This document shows positions 38,220-57,614 of a DNA stretch of 64,000 nucleotides, one piece after another. Numbering within the stretch: position 1 is the first letter of the stretch; every line of letters starts with the position of its first letter. The stretch is taken from positions 84,793,968 to 84,857,967 of the forward strand of contig NC_057718.1 in NCBI RefSeq assembly GCF_004010195.1, given 5' to 3'. The DNA comes from Chiloscyllium plagiosum. Its lineage: Eukaryota. A model generated the notes under the pieces. The model was given only the letters and a program-made list of their open reading frames with translations, was not told the origin of the DNA and made no database searches. The position numbers were made by a program, and so were the translations under genes.

Positions 38220-38990
38220 AAACTAGGTGAAAGTGTGAGTTGTGTTGAAGAAGTAAAGAAGCTTCGGAGTGATTTAGCTGAATGACAGTGTATTAATTAA
38301 ATGCTGGCAGAATTGGGAAACATTGGTGTACAAGGGGACCTGGGTATCCTTGTAAACCCATTTCTGAGAGGAAACATGCAGCAAGCAATTAAGAACACAT
38401 GTGGCATGTTGGGATTAACTGCAAGGATGTGTTGAGTGCAGAAGCAAAGATGTCCTGGTACAATTGTACAGGGACTTGGTGAGACGACACCTAGAGCATT
38501 GTGTGCTGTTTTGGAATCCTTACCCGAGAAAAAATAAACTTGCCATAGAGAGAATATAACAAAGATTCAGCAGACTGGTTCCTGAGATGGTAGGTTTGTT
38601 GTTAGAGATGAGATTGGAGGCTTGTATTCACTAGAGTTTAGAAGAATGAGAGGAGATATCGTTGAAATGTATAACATTCTGACAGCCTTGGACAGGCTGG
38701 ATGGGTGGGTTAGAACAAGGCAATATATTCTCAAGTTGCGGGGTAGACCATCTAGAACTGAGATGAAGAGAAATTTCATCATTCAGAGGGTGGTCAGACT
38801 ATGGAATTCTGTATGACTTAAGGCTGTGGAGGCCAAATTACTTGAATATATTTAACAAAATATTTTTCTAGACACTGAAGCCATCAAGGAATATGGGCAG
38901 AGAGCAGGCATTTATCATTAAAGTAGAATATCAGCCATGATCAGATTGGATGGTGGAACAGGTTCAATGGCATGAATGGCTAACTCTTGC
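38220..38990 (+). mobile_element. CR1-like LINE 3' fragment, degraded
   Basis: YSLEFRRMRGDIVEMYNIL...RTEMKRNFIIQRVVRLWNS. Confidence 0.8.
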
Positions 38991-39636
38991 ATAGAAACTG
39001 GAAGGGCCATTTAGCTACACATTTCTGTTCTGCTAATCATTGAGATTGTGACTGATCACCTTACCTAACTGCAAAAACCTACCTTTACCCCCACTTGCTT
39101 TAGATATTCTCCGAAGATATCAGTCTCTGATATATATTAATAATTGATCCAGCATCGATTGGAATTTGTAGGGAAAAGGTCCAAACGTCTATGCTTAAAA
39201 CTGTTTCCTAGTTTTACTCTTGAAAGATATGGCTCTTATTTTTCACATAAACCACTTTGTCTTAGACTCTCAAATAAGTTAAAAGACTTTTTGTCTTCTT
39301 TCTACCCTATCTGTTGGTCTTAATATATTGAATATTTTGATCTAATTACCCTTAATCATCATAATTTTCAAGGAATACAAACTAGTAACAATTTTTCTTT
39401 GTAATTTAACCTTTGGATTTCAAATATTGTTCTGGTCATCCTTCGCTTAACTCTCTCCGGAGCCAAAATATTCTTCCTCAGGTCAGCTGCCCAGTCTATT
39501 CACAGCATTCTAGATGTGACCTAACTTGGACTTTATGCAGATGAAATATAATTCCTAGGCAGTCTGCTGACATCCATACTACGCATATATGTTAATCCAG
39601 AAACACGCGTTTGCATAATTCCAAGCTCAATACTAA

Positions 39637-39989
39637 GAATCATAGAATTCCTACAGTGTGGAAAGAGGCCATTCAGCCTATCAAGTCAGCACTGACCATC
39701 CAAAGAGCATCCCAGCCAGACAAAGACACCCATCCTATCCCTATAGCCCTGCATTTACATGGCTAATCCACTTAGCCTGCATATTCCTCGACACTACAGG
39801 GCAATTTAGCATGGTCAATTCACCTAACCTGCATATCTTTGGACTGTGCGAGGAAACTGGAGAACCCAGCGGACACCTATGCAGACACAGGAAGAATGTG
39901 CAAACGCTACACAGGTAATTGCCAAAGATTGCAATTGAACCTGGGTGATTAGTGCTGTGAGGTAGCATGGTAAACACTGAGCCACCATG
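39637..39989 (-). mobile_element. HE1-related V-SINE
   Basis: Reverse-complement head (aaacactgagccaccatgctg) and V-domain. Confidence 0.8.
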
Positions 39990-40490
39990 CTGTCCTTTAT
40001 TGCAGAGTTTATGTATGGTGTCATATGCAAAGGCCAAACTCTGAAGAGAGCTATTGAGATTTTGAAACCTGGTTCCGCAGTAAGGATGGGGTACAGAGGT
40101 ACAATCCCAACAATCTTTGTGCTTGTGGAAAATGTGAACAAGTTGGATTCTTTCCCACTGTCTAAGTCATTTAACTAAGATTCTTGCAGGATACCTTTTA
40201 GTCACATTTTGCTCATTATCCCCACTCTCTGTCTCCTGTTACTCGGACACTTTTCTAACCAGGTCAATTATTTGCCATTTATTCCAGGAGCTTCAGCTAA
40301 CTACCTCCTGTGAAAGACTTTATTAGCATTCCCTGACTACTGCTGCAGCGACCTCTTAAAATAATTAAATCACGATGATCTGTGTGACCTGCCCTTTAGA
40401 AGAAATCCACGCTGGTCGCCTCTGATGAAGTAAAACGTTTTAAGATGTTTGATCACTCTATCCTACAATTACAGGCTGTAGCACTTTCCT

Positions 40491-40686
40491 AGGAGAAAGT
40501 GAAGTCTGCAGATGCTGGAGATCAGAGTCGAGAGTGTGTTGCTGGGAAAGCACAGCAGGTCAAGCAGTGTCCGAGGAGCAGGAGAATCGGCCATTTCCTG
40601 ATTAAGGGCTCCAGCCCAGCACGTTGATTCTCCTGCTCTTCGGATGCTGCGTGATCTGCTGTGCTTTTCCAGCAACATAGTCTCGA
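40491..40686. mobile_element. Penelope-like family A fold-back mini-element with TSD
   Basis: Inverted arms; ctgtagcactttcct 40476-40490 and ctgtagcaatttcct 40687-40701. Confidence 0.85.
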
Positions 40687-41227
40687 CTGTAGCAATTTCC
40701 TGTCAATGCTGACAGGCTAACTGACCTATAATTCTGTCTTTCATGTTTCTTCAGTCAAGGAGTGACTTGTGTAATTCAGTAATCTGCAGGAATGTTTCCT
40801 GAATAAAGGTAATTTTTGGTAATTGTAATTGGCGAATAGACAACAAGAATGTTTTTGAAAACTGTTATTGGGATTTGGAGGTGAGTGGAGGGTTTGGGAA
40901 GGGAAGTAAGGATGTGAGGCTAAGGAGAGAAGTGATAGGTGATTAAAATTCTTTTGAGGCAGCACCTCAAATAGGTATTAGTGAATTTAAAACCCATTTT
41001 AAATCCTATCCTTCAGATACAAAAGTGAATGTATAATTAAAGTTGTTTAATTTCAGTGCTGATTGTAAACACATAAAAGTATAGATTTACATTCCTGTAT
41101 AGCACCTATGACAAGCCTAGGATGTCAAACTTTTACTGTCGAGAATGTTTTGCTGGGAAAGCAGAGCAGGTCAGGCAGCATCCGAGGAGCAGGAGAATCG
41201 ACGTTTTGGGCATAAGCCCTTCCTCCA

Positions 41228-46865
<5,638 letters not shown>

Positions 46866-47296
46866 TGATTCGGGTCAGTGGGTTGGTGGAGGGAGCCAAA
46901 GTAGGGGGTAGGAAAGAGATCCAGTCAAAAAAGGAGGGTGTGTTGAGTAATGGGCAAGTTATTTGCTTATATCACTGTAACAGTTGCCATCATTCCTACT
47001 GTCAACCCCGTGTCCATGGTATCACAACCTTATATGATGCTATACTTCCATGTTGAGAATGGATGATTAAGTAGGGGGAGAAAGAATGCTTAAATATTTA
47101 GAATGCACATCAGTTCAGAAATGTCTGAAAATGATGGTCTGTCAATTATGTTTGAGCTTTAAAAGGTACACTATATTCTATCTCCCTCTCACCCTTTCTC
47201 TCCTCTCCCAGCCCACAGTGACTGAGAACTAAACACCTTTGGCTTTTCTTTTTGTCCTAAATGTGCTGCATTCTTTTGTTCCCTGTCTCTATTCAG

Positions 47297-47386
47297 TTTG
47301 GAGAATGGGATCATCCGAATGTGGAGATCACTGGCCACGAGCAGAGGTTCACGGGGATTATAATGGAATATGAACAACAGTGCAAG
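47297..47386 (+). CDS. NINL: Ninein-like protein, exon G; phase 0/0
   Basis: tctctattcag|TTT...AAG|gtgggt; 90 bp; FGEWDHPNVEITGHEQRFTGIIMEYEQQCK. Confidence 0.9.
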
Positions 47387-47990
47387 GTGGGTATTGGTCC
47401 AAAAAAATATTTTCAGTACATTACGTTGGAAGTACCCCTAGGCTGGCTCTTACTTCAGTTCACTACCCAGTGATGGAGGAAATCTGGGTAGAGACTGATC
47501 AAGCTAGAGTTCCACTTTAGCACAGCAGTGAAAGACTGGTGGTGTCTGTAAAAGATGCCCAGCAATCATAGGGAGGAAACTGGAGCAAAGGTGAAATTTG
47601 ATTTGTTTCAGTTTTTTTTGTGTGTTTCTTAATATTTCTAATGTTTGTTGAACTTGCTTATCAACTGCCTTGAATTTAATCTGTGTTTTTAAAATTAATT
47701 CTCTGTTTTGATTTCCATCATTCTACCTTGTTAATGAACTGACAGCTTTAAATATGGAAGGCTAGATTGTGTATCAAGTTACAGACCCCGTAGCCTGTGC
47801 TGCTGTTACATTTCAGTTCATTATCTCTGTATCACTTGATATTTGTTAACTATGTTCACCTCAGTTTTACATTTTTTAAAATTGAACCAATCTCACTTGC
47901 TTTATGTGGAGGGAGAGAGATCTAGATATCCTCTATCTTAAAAAAAAAGTTTGCTGACATCATCCCTGAATAAGTGGTCTCAGTTATGGG

Positions 47991-48590
47991 CTGAAAATGT
48001 GTTGCTGGAAAAGCGTAGCAGGTCAGGCAGCATCCAGGGAACAGGAGAATCGACGTTTCGGGCATAAGCCCTTCCTCAGGAATGAGGAAAGTTTGTCCAG
48101 CAGGCTAAGATAAAAGGTAGGGAGGAGGGACTTGGGGGAGGGGCGTCGGAAATGTGATAGGTGGAAAGAGGTCAAGGTGAGGGTGATAGGACAGACTGGG
48201 GNNNNNNNNNNNNNNNNNNNNNNNNNNNNNNNNNNNNNNNNNNNNNNNNNNNNNNNNNNNNNNNNNNNNNNNNCTCTGAAACGCTCCGCAAGTAGGTGGC
48301 CTGTCTCCCCAATATAGAGGAGGCCACATCGGGTGCAGAGGATGGAATAGATGATGTGTGTGGAGGTGCAGGTGAATTTGTGGCGGATATGGAAGTTTCC
48401 TTTGGGGCCTTGGAGGGAGGTGAGGGGGGAGGTGTGGGCGCATGTCTTGCACCTCTTGCGGTTGCAGGGGAAGGTGCCGGGAGTGGAGGTTGGATTGGTG
48501 GGGGGTGTGGATCTGACGAGGGAGTCACGGAGGGAGTGGTCTTTACGGAATGCTGATAGGGGAGGGGAGGGAAATATATCCTTGGTGGTG
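47991..48590 (-). mobile_element. Young Penelope-like family A insertion (GIY-YIG) with 15-bp TSD; gap 48202-48273
   Basis: FTCTSTHIIYSILCTRCGLLYIGETG..LAERF; hammerhead core (-) ctgaggaagggcttatgcccgaaacgtc at 48052-48079; ggtctcagttatggg at 47976-47990 and 48591-48605. Confidence 0.9.
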
Positions 48591-51054
48591 GGTCTCAGTT
48601 ATGGGGCCAATGTTCTGGACTCCTCTCCCCAAGAAAGTAGATTCTCTTTATTTATCCAATTTAACCATCTTAAGGACTACCTAACTGGGTGAAGACATGA
48701 GAAAGTGGTGCGAGTGTGAAACGTGCTACCATGTTTAGTGGTAAATTGACAGTCATTTTACGGAAAATGGCTTATATTTATACATTGCCTTTTCAATGCC
48801 TCTTCTCAAGGAAAGGCCTGTTCATTTTAATGCATGGCACCTTTAAATTTATTTTCTCTGACCATGGTATCCTAAAGTGAATGGTCTGCATGCTACCTTT
48901 GTGTCACACTTAGAGGGAACATTGGTGTTGTTATTTAGCACTTGGGGCTAAAGGGATGAAAGGATATGGGGTAAATCCAGGATCAGACTATTGTGTTGGA
49001 TGATCAGCCATGATCATAATGAATGGTGGAGCAGGCTCGAAAGGCCTATTCCTGCTTCTATTTTCTTTGTTTCTGTTTATTACAGTAAAATGTCCCAAGA
49101 TGCTTTATTGAAACATATTGTCGTATTTTGTGTGTTTGATAAAACTACGTGAGACATTGAAATGTTTGAAGGAAAGCCTGTCAAAAGGGAGATTTTCCTG
49201 AATATTTTAAAAGGAGGAGAGAGGTGGAAATGTGGAGGGACTTGGGGAGGGAATTACAGCTGCTAAGGCATGACACTAAGTGGTGAAACAGTTAATATCA
49301 GGGCTGTGCATGAGAGCAGAATTGAAGGAGAACAAAGATCTTTGGAGGGTATCATCACTGGAGGAGGTTATGGAGATAGTGGGGCCAAGTTATGGAAATA
49401 TCTGCAAATTACGATGAGAATTTTAGAGTTGTACAGGAGCCAATATAAGTCAGTGAGTACAAGGTAATGGGAGAACGGATCTAGTTATGATTTAGAATAT
49501 GGCAGCAGAAGTTTAGATAAATTCAGTATATGGAGTTTGGAAAGATGGGAGGCTGTTCAGGAATATATTGGATAATCCAGCCAGGAGGTAACAGTGGTAT
49601 GGATGAAGGTTTCAGTGGCATATAAGCTGAAGGTGATATTATAAAGGTGGAGATAGGTGATCTTGGTGGTGAGGTATTCAGCCTCAAATCAGATGCAACA
49701 AGAGTGGAGCTTTTGATAAGGTGGTCATTATGACTGATTGAAAAAGGTGGGGACAGTAAACTCTTCTCTGAGGAGAGAAAGCCTTGAAAAATATCAAATA
49801 ACATGGGACCATGGAGCTAAATTGAGCAGTCAGTCTCAAGAATGGGCTGAGGGCAGAGACAGCTTGAGGGAAACTGAGGGATAAATGGCAGACAGAAGAA
49901 GTTTTGCATTAGTGCAGAGGAAAGCTAAGGCAAAGTTTTGCTTCGTAAAGGAAGGAAGCAGCAAAGGCAGCTGAACAGATGACGTCAGTCTTGCTGACAA
50001 AAAAGCTTTGTGCGGGGAAGGTATTTCAGAGTTTGGTGGGTGTCTGGAACATGCTGCAAGTTGAGGTGGTGGAAGCGGGCACGTTAGCAACATTTAAGGT
50101 GTGAATGAGTGGCGAACAGAGGGATAGAAACTGTGTATGGGCAATAAGTAGTGGGCCTAAATAAGGCCTAGGAATTGGTGCAGGCTTGGACGGCCTAAGG
50201 GCCTGTCCCTGTGTTGTATTGTAATTGTTGAGTGCTCAATAAGTACATGAGGAGAATAGCAATATATGGAAGTAAGGTGGGTCCATTGGATCCAACAGTC
50301 TGTTTTGATTGGTAAAATTCTATCTAAAGTGTATGAATGAGTAAAATTTGCAGAACTGTAAAGATTCCTTTCTGTAAGTCTTGGAATTCAACTTGTAGAA
50401 GATATTAATTTACTTAATTACGCTAATGAAGCAAGACTAATAGCAATTACTAAAATTTTGACATGTAGACATTTATCTGTTGCGTTTGTCTATTTATTCA
50501 TTCACTTTGCAGAGCCAGTGCTTTTCTTCTGCATTTCTTTTTTAGCACTCTAGTTGGCACTGATCAAATATCTTCCAATGCAGTTTTATGAAATTAATGT
50601 CAGTCTTCCACAACAAACATAATGCTCCTTTATAAAAGGAGGCTGTGCCTCTACTCACTTTGTCCACTATCTCTCTCTTTATTCTAATGCTTTCCTTTTG
50701 GAATTACTAGAGAGTGAAGGTGAGCATTACTCAATTTAATTTTTTTTTTAAACAATTTATATTTTTTCTGTATTTTTAAAGTATAACTCAAACTCTCCAA
50801 AAATAATCTTGGTTTGTTCATTGCTCCTCATCCTTTCCCATTTCCAGTAACCCATGTAAAAATTGAAAAGATGACAGAAAGTATCTAAAACACCTATGCC
50901 CCTTTGAAGTGATCATCTTCACCCCAGTCTTGCTTTGAAACTGACTAGGTCAATACTCAAATGTTTTGACTTTCCAATTTGACAACAAAACCTTTCTGCA
51001 GACCTTCATCACAAAGACTTTGTCTATATATCCTATCCATCCATAAACCTCTAT

Positions 51055-51390
51055 AAAATCATGAGGGGCATGGATAGGATATATAGACAAAGCCTTTTCC
51101 CTGGGTTGGGCGAGTCCAGAACTAGAGGGCATAGGTTTGGGGTGACAGGGGAAAGATATAAAAGAGACCTAAGGGGCAACTTTTCCACACACCAAGCTGC
51201 CAGAGGAAATGGTGGAGGTTAGTACAATTGCAATATTTAAAAGGCATATGGATGGGTATATGAATATGAGGGGTTTGGAGGGACATGGGCTGGGTGCTGT
51301 CAGGTGGGACTAGGTTAGGTTAGGATATCTGATCGGCATGGACGAGTTGGACCGAAGGGTCTGTTTCCATGCTGTACATCTCTATTACTC
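51055..51390 (+). mobile_element. CR1-like LINE 3' tail with fold-back 5' junction
   Basis: aaatcatgaggggcatggatagg...ccgaagggtctgtttccatgctgtac. Confidence 0.85.
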
Positions 51391-51403
51391 TTTTTGATTT
51401 TAC

Positions 51404-51613
51404 AGTAATGAGTGAAATAACTCCACAGAGCCTGGTATCCCATCACCAAGTCACCTTTTACTTACACATGGATATCCTTGACACTGAGCTAGCTTCCTCA
51501 GAGCCAGCTCTCAGAATGAACAGGCTGACACTTCTATTTATATCTGACCAGATTAACAGCCCCAATCATATTCTCTGAGGTCCACCTGGTTGACCTTGTT
51601 AGAATCTTAAACA
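51404..51613 (-). mobile_element. Probable degraded short solo LTR
   Basis: ~210 bp with minus-strand TATA-like (tttatatc) and degenerate polyA signal; termini degenerate, no clear TSD. Confidence 0.4.
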
Positions 51614-53264
51614 GTGGGATCTGTTTTACAATTTTGCCAACATTTACTTCAAAAGCATGGGAATTCAGTTGATTGTAATACTTTCCAGTTGTTTGAAAAA
51701 GCATGCAGAAAGATGATAAGATAGCAACTATTTTGTACTTTATTAATACTGGGCCTAGTATTCGCTATAGATCTTCCAAGAATCCTCACTGGTTTTGTTT
51801 AGATGCCCCTTGTACAGACTCAGATTTTAATATTTAATTACCCTGAATAGGCATTGCTAGATCTTGAGTCTGCCCAGTTAATTGTAGAGGGATATGTTTT
51901 TCTAAGTTCTTGTTCCTTCTCTTTTCTTTAATGTTTAATGTTGTTGCATTGTGGGTGTTGGAACTTGGAACTTTTATAGAACTATTCTTAATTTAACAAC
52001 TATTCAGTCTAGAAAAATAACTGTTAATATCTTGAAGCTCCTAATACAGCCATTAAGTAGACAAATCTTCTCTAGACCCTGCTCCATTCCCCCACCACCC
52101 ACTACTCCCATTACTCTACTTCAATCTGTATTCACTCAACATCTTTCCCATCATCCCCATCTACTTAGAAAATTCCTGTACCTTTAATCCCATATGACCC
52201 AATTCCTTCTCTTACAATTATTACTTCCTGGCTCTATGCCCAGGAACAGCACTTTAAGACTGGTCAAATCTAAAATATTATAGAAATCCTAATCCCTTAA
52301 AAATGGTATAGTTGAGAGGTCTAGTCCTCCTTCCTCTCAAAGAATGCATGGAACAATGATCTGATTTAAGAAATTCAACCTATTGGACAGACTCTTAATG
52401 TTGATGTGAAAATAGTGGTTCTACCTGCCGGGATACAAAAGTATTGGCCCTAAGTGCAAGGCAGTCAGTAATAAATCCAGTCAAACAAAATACAGGAGAA
52501 ATGTCTTTACCGAGTGAGAATGTACAACTTGGTCCCACATTGAGTGCTCTGTGTACTTCAATGTGCTTAAGGGAGATAAGTACATGAGGGACAAAGGACC
52601 ATAAGGAGATGATGGAGTGTGATGAAATAAGGGAGATGAGTGCATGTGGAGTGGAAACAGTGACACAGATCTTTGTGTTGAATGGCCAGCTCCTGTGCTA
52701 TAAAGTGTTATGTAATTGACTTCATCTCCATATTCTCGATCTGCCTTTTATCTAGCCTAAACGTCAGATATATAAATTTTAAAAATCATTTACTCTGATC
52801 CTAGCTTGGTATTCCCCCCCCCCGCCCCCCCCATCTCCTAATTTCCTTCACTTTCTGCTATGTTTTACATTGGGGTATCTTCTGTGGTTACCTCCTTGAC
52901 AATGCTTTATCCTGGTTCCTCCTAAGTATTGCTGTCTGGATAGGAACTTCACAGATGCCCAAAGCTCCCTTCTGCATCCTGCTGCTTGACAACATCATTC
53001 ATAGTGATTGGATCAGCTTTCATAAATCAGCTGGTGGCACTCAACGCTACCTGTCGACTGGAATGCTCAATAATCGACCCACCAGAGTATTTTGCTGACA
53101 CTGACAATAACTAATTATAATTATATAGCACCACTGACATAATGAAACATATCAATGGACTTAACAGAAACATTATAGAACAATGTATGACACTGAGCCA
53201 CGTAAGAAGCTCTTGGATCAGGTGAACAAAGTTTTGTTAAAGAAAAAGGTTCTAAGGAATGTAA

Positions 53265-53720
53265 TTGTAAGTTTGCTAGCTGAGCTGGAAGATTTGTTTT
53301 CAGTCATTTCATCACCATGCTAGGTAACATCATCATTGAGCCTCCAATAAGGTGTTGGTGTTCTGTCCCGCTTTTTATTTGTGTGTCTTGTTCTGTGGTG
53401 GGTGATATCACTTCCGGTTCTGTTCTGAGAGATTGGTAAATGGGGTCCAAATCAACTTGTTCGTTAATGAAATTCCAGTTTGAATGCCAGGTCTGCAGGA
53501 ATTCCTGTGCATGTCTTTGTTTAGCCTGTCCAGGATGGATGTATTGCCCCAGTTGAACTGGTGTCCCTCTTTGTCTGTGTGTATGGATACCAGTGATAGT
53601 TGGTAAAATCTTTTGGTGGCTAGTTGGTGCTCATGTATCCTGGTGCTTAGTTTCCTGCCCATTTGTCCAATGTAATGTTTGTTGCAACAAACCGTAACCA
53701 GTAGAATGAATGTCATATAA
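53265..53720 (-). mobile_element. Penelope-like family C-related 3' fragment (GIY-YIG)
   Basis: CCNKHYIGQMGRKLSTRIHEHQLATKR. Confidence 0.85.
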
Positions 53721-53935
53721 AAAATACCCTGCAAGGGCTGCAACAAGTTTGCTGAACCTTTGTTGCACTCTCTGTATGGCAATAGTTTTCTTTCCTGAGT
53801 TAAAGTGACCAAAACTGCACACACAACTCCAACTGCAGTTTAGCCAAGCTCCTATAGATTTGAAACAAGAGTTCATTACTCCTGTGCTTGACTGGAAATG
53901 CTATAACTCTACTACATCGGATAGATCAGTTTTTG

Positions 53936-56231
53936 TTCAATGTGTACAGGAGGGGTTTCCTGACACAGTATGTCGAAGGGCTGACCAGATGGGAGGCCAC
54001 ACTGGATCTGGTACTTAGTAATGAACCAGGCCAGGTGTTTGATTTAATGGTAGGTGAGCACTTTGGAGCGAGTGACCATAATTGGGTTACGTTTAGTTTA
54101 GCAATGAAAAGGGATAGGTACATGCCACAGGGCAAGAGTTATAGGTGGAGCAAGGGCAATTTATAATGCAATTAGGCAAGACTTAGGAGGCATAGAATGT
54201 GGTAGCAAAATGCAGGGAAATGGGGACAATTGAAATGTGGAGCTGGTTTAAGGAACAGATATTGCGTTTCCTTGATAGGTATGTCCCTAACAGCAGGGAG
54301 GAAGTGATTAGGTAAAGGAACTGTGGTTTACTAAAGAAATTGTATCTCTTGTTAAGCGGAAGAGAGAGGCTTATGTGACATTGAGAGGAGATCGTTCAGA
54401 TGAGGCAATGGAGAGTTACAGGTTAGCTGGGAAGGATTTAAAGGGAGAGTTAAAAAGAGCAAGGAGGGGACATGAGCAGTCTTTAGCAGGTAGAATAAAG
54501 AAGAACCCTAAAGCTTTCTATAGGTATGGGAGGAGTAAAAGGATGACTAGGGTAGGAAAAGAGCCAGTCACAGACAGAAATGGGAAGTTGTATGTAGACC
54601 CTGTGGAGGTCAGAGAGGTGCTAAACAAATATTTCTCATTTGTTTTCACTCAGGAAAAGGAGAATATTGTAGCGGAGAATACTGAGATATTAGACAAGAA
54701 AGGATTGAGGTTAGTAAGGAGGAAGTGTTATCAATTCTCGAAAGTGTGAAAGTAGATAGGTCCCCTGGTCAGATGGAATTTATCTGAGGATTCTCTGGGA
54801 AGCTAGAGGGGAAATGGCAGAACCTTTGGCCTTGATTTTTGAGTCATCATTGTCTACAGGTTTAGTACCAGAGGACTGGAGGATTAGAAATGTTGTGCCC
54901 TTGCTCAAGAAGGGCAGTAGAGATGACCCACGTAATTGTAGACCAATGAACCTTATGTCTGTTGTAGGAAAAGTTTTGGAAAGGATTATAAGAAATAGGA
55001 TTTATAATCACCTAGCAAGCAACAATTGGATTGCATATAGTCAACATGGTTTTGTCAAGGACAGTTAGTGTCTCACAAACCTCATTGAGTTTTTTGAGAA
55101 AGTGACCAAGCATGTAGATGAAGGTAGAGATGTTTACGTGGTGTACATGGACTTCAGTAAAGCCTTTGATAAGGTTCAACGTGGTAGGCTTCTGGAGAAA
55201 ATCCAGAGGCATGGGATTGAGGGTGATTTAGCAGTTTGGATTAGAAACTGGTTTTCTGTAAGAAGATAGCGAGTGTTGGTTGATGGAAAATATTCAGCCT
55301 GGAGTCTGGTTACTAGTGTGCCACAAGGATCTGTTTTGGAACCACTACTGTTTGTCATTTTTATAAATGATTTGGATGCAGGCATAGGTGGATGGGTTAA
55401 TAAGTTTGCAGATGACACTAAAGTTGGTGGAGTGGTGGACAGTGTGGAAGAATGTTGCAGGTTGAGGGACTTGGATAAACTGCAGATTTGGGCTGAGAGG
55501 TGGCAAATGGAGTTCAATTAAGATAAATGTGAGGTGTTTCACTTTGGGAAGAATAACAGAAAGGCAGAATACTGGGTCAATGGAATGATTCTTGGTAATG
55601 TGGATGTGCAGAGGGATCTTGATGTCTATGTACATAGATCCCTGAAAGTTGCCACCAGGTTAATAGTGCTGTTAAGAAGGCATATAGGTTTTATTGGTAC
55701 AGGGATTGAGTTCTGGAGCCGTGATGTCATGCTGCAACTATACAAAACACTAGTGCGATCACACTTGGAATATTGTGTACAGTTCTGGTTCCCCCATTAC
55801 AGGAAGGAAAAGATGCAGAGGAGATTTACTAGGCTGAGGAACTTGGCACTGTTCACATTGGAGAGAAGAAGGCTAAGCGGGGATTTAATAGAGACATACA
55901 AGATGATCAGAGGATTAGATAGGGTGGACAGTGAGAGTCTTTTTCCTCTGATGATGCCGGCTTGTATGAGGGTATATAGCTGCAAAATGAGGGGTGATAG
56001 ATTTAACACAGATGTCAGAGGCAGGTTCTTTACTCAGAGTGTGTTAAGGGCGTGGAATGCCCTGCTTGCCAATGTAGTTAGCTCAGCCACATTGGGGGAG
56101 ATTAATCAGTCCTTGGATAAGCATATGGATGATGATGGGCTAGTGTAGGGTGTGGGCTTTGATTAGTTCACAGGTCGGTGTAACATTGAGGACCGAAGGG
56201 CCTGTTCTTCGCTGTATTGTTCTATGTTCTA
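53936..56231 (+). mobile_element. CR1-like LINE ORF2 (end of EN through RT and 3' tail), inserted in an older minus-strand CR1
   Basis: TRWEATLDLVLSNEP..SDHN; VPQGSVLEPLLFVIFINDLD..NKFADDTK; tail ttctatgttctat. Confidence 0.92.
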
Positions 56232-57349
56232 TTAAACCCTCTTGAAATAAAGGTTAGCATTCAAGTTGCCTTCCAAATAGTTGACCCACGTTTTCATGTT
56301 AGCCTTCATTGACTTATGGACAAGGACACCTAGGTGCCTTTGTGCATCTACCATTTAGGAAATACTCTGCACGTCTCTTTCTCCTCTCAAAGTACATAAC
56401 CTCTCATTTTTATACATTAAATTCCATTTGCCACATCCTTGCTCATTTACTAAGCCTGGCCAAATCATCTGAGGCTGCTTTATATTTTCCTCCCAACACT
56501 CATTCCCCTTTAACTTTGTATCTTCTGCAGGTTATATTTCATTCCCACATCCAATCATTGTTATAAATTGTGAACAGCTGAGGTCTAACTAATGATACTG
56601 GCAGTACCTGACTAGTCTCAGCCTACCAATGGGAGAATAATCCATTTATTCCTACTGTTTGTTTTCTGTCTGTTAGCCAATCATTAATTATTCCCATTCC
56701 CATGTACTTCAATGTTTCTAATCAGCCTCCTATGATGGATGTTCATGGGAGATTTCTGAAAATCCAAGTATGCCATGTCTATCAGCTCTCCTTTATCAAT
56801 TCTGTTCATAACATTTTCAAAACTCCAATAAGATAATCAACCATGATTTTCTACTCAGAAATTCAATCTGACTGTACCCAATTGGATCACCAGCTAGGTA
56901 TCTATTTATCCCACTCTTTGTAATAGATTCTAGCATATCTTTAGTACTGATGTAAGGCTAAGAGGTCTGTTCACTGTTTTCTCTCTCACTCCCCTCTTAA
57001 ATTGTGAGGTGATGTTTGCTACCTTTTGAGATTTTGCATCTGAAAGGAATATATTGTTGCTGTAATGTAGTAATTCTTTAAAGACTGACCATTGGCTGTG
57101 TACAGTTGTGTCTTTTAATGTATTTTCCAAATCTACCTGGGCCAATTTGTCTCTTGCTTTCATAATTTCCTTTATTCAGATTTAACACCCTTGCTTCGGA
57201 TCAAACTTCCAAATGTAATGTAAAATTCTATCAATTTGTGTTACTAATCCGTAAAGATTCTGTTACAACAAGATTATTAACTAGCTCTTTTCATTACTCA
57301 AAACTGGATCTGAAACAGCATGTCCTCTAGTTGGCTCCTTAACGTATTG

Positions 57350-57614
57350 GAGAAAGTGAGGACTGCAGATGCTGGAGATCAGAGCTGAAAATGTGTTGCT
57401 GGAAAAGCGCAGCAGGTCAGGCAGTATCCAAGGAGCAGGAGGATCGGAGGAAGAGAGCTTCTTCAAGGAAGGCATCCTTGCAAGAGGATTCGCAGTACGT
57501 TAAAATGGAGGAAGAGAGCTTCTTCAAGGAAGAAGGGCTCATGTCCGAAACGTCGATTCTCCTGCTCCTTGGATGCTGCCTGACCTGCTGCGCTTTTCCA
57601 GCAACACATTTTCA
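57350..57614. mobile_element. Penelope-like family A fold-back mini-element with 16-bp TSD
   Basis: gctccttaacgtattg at 57334-57349 and 57615-57630; near-perfect inverted arms. Confidence 0.9.
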
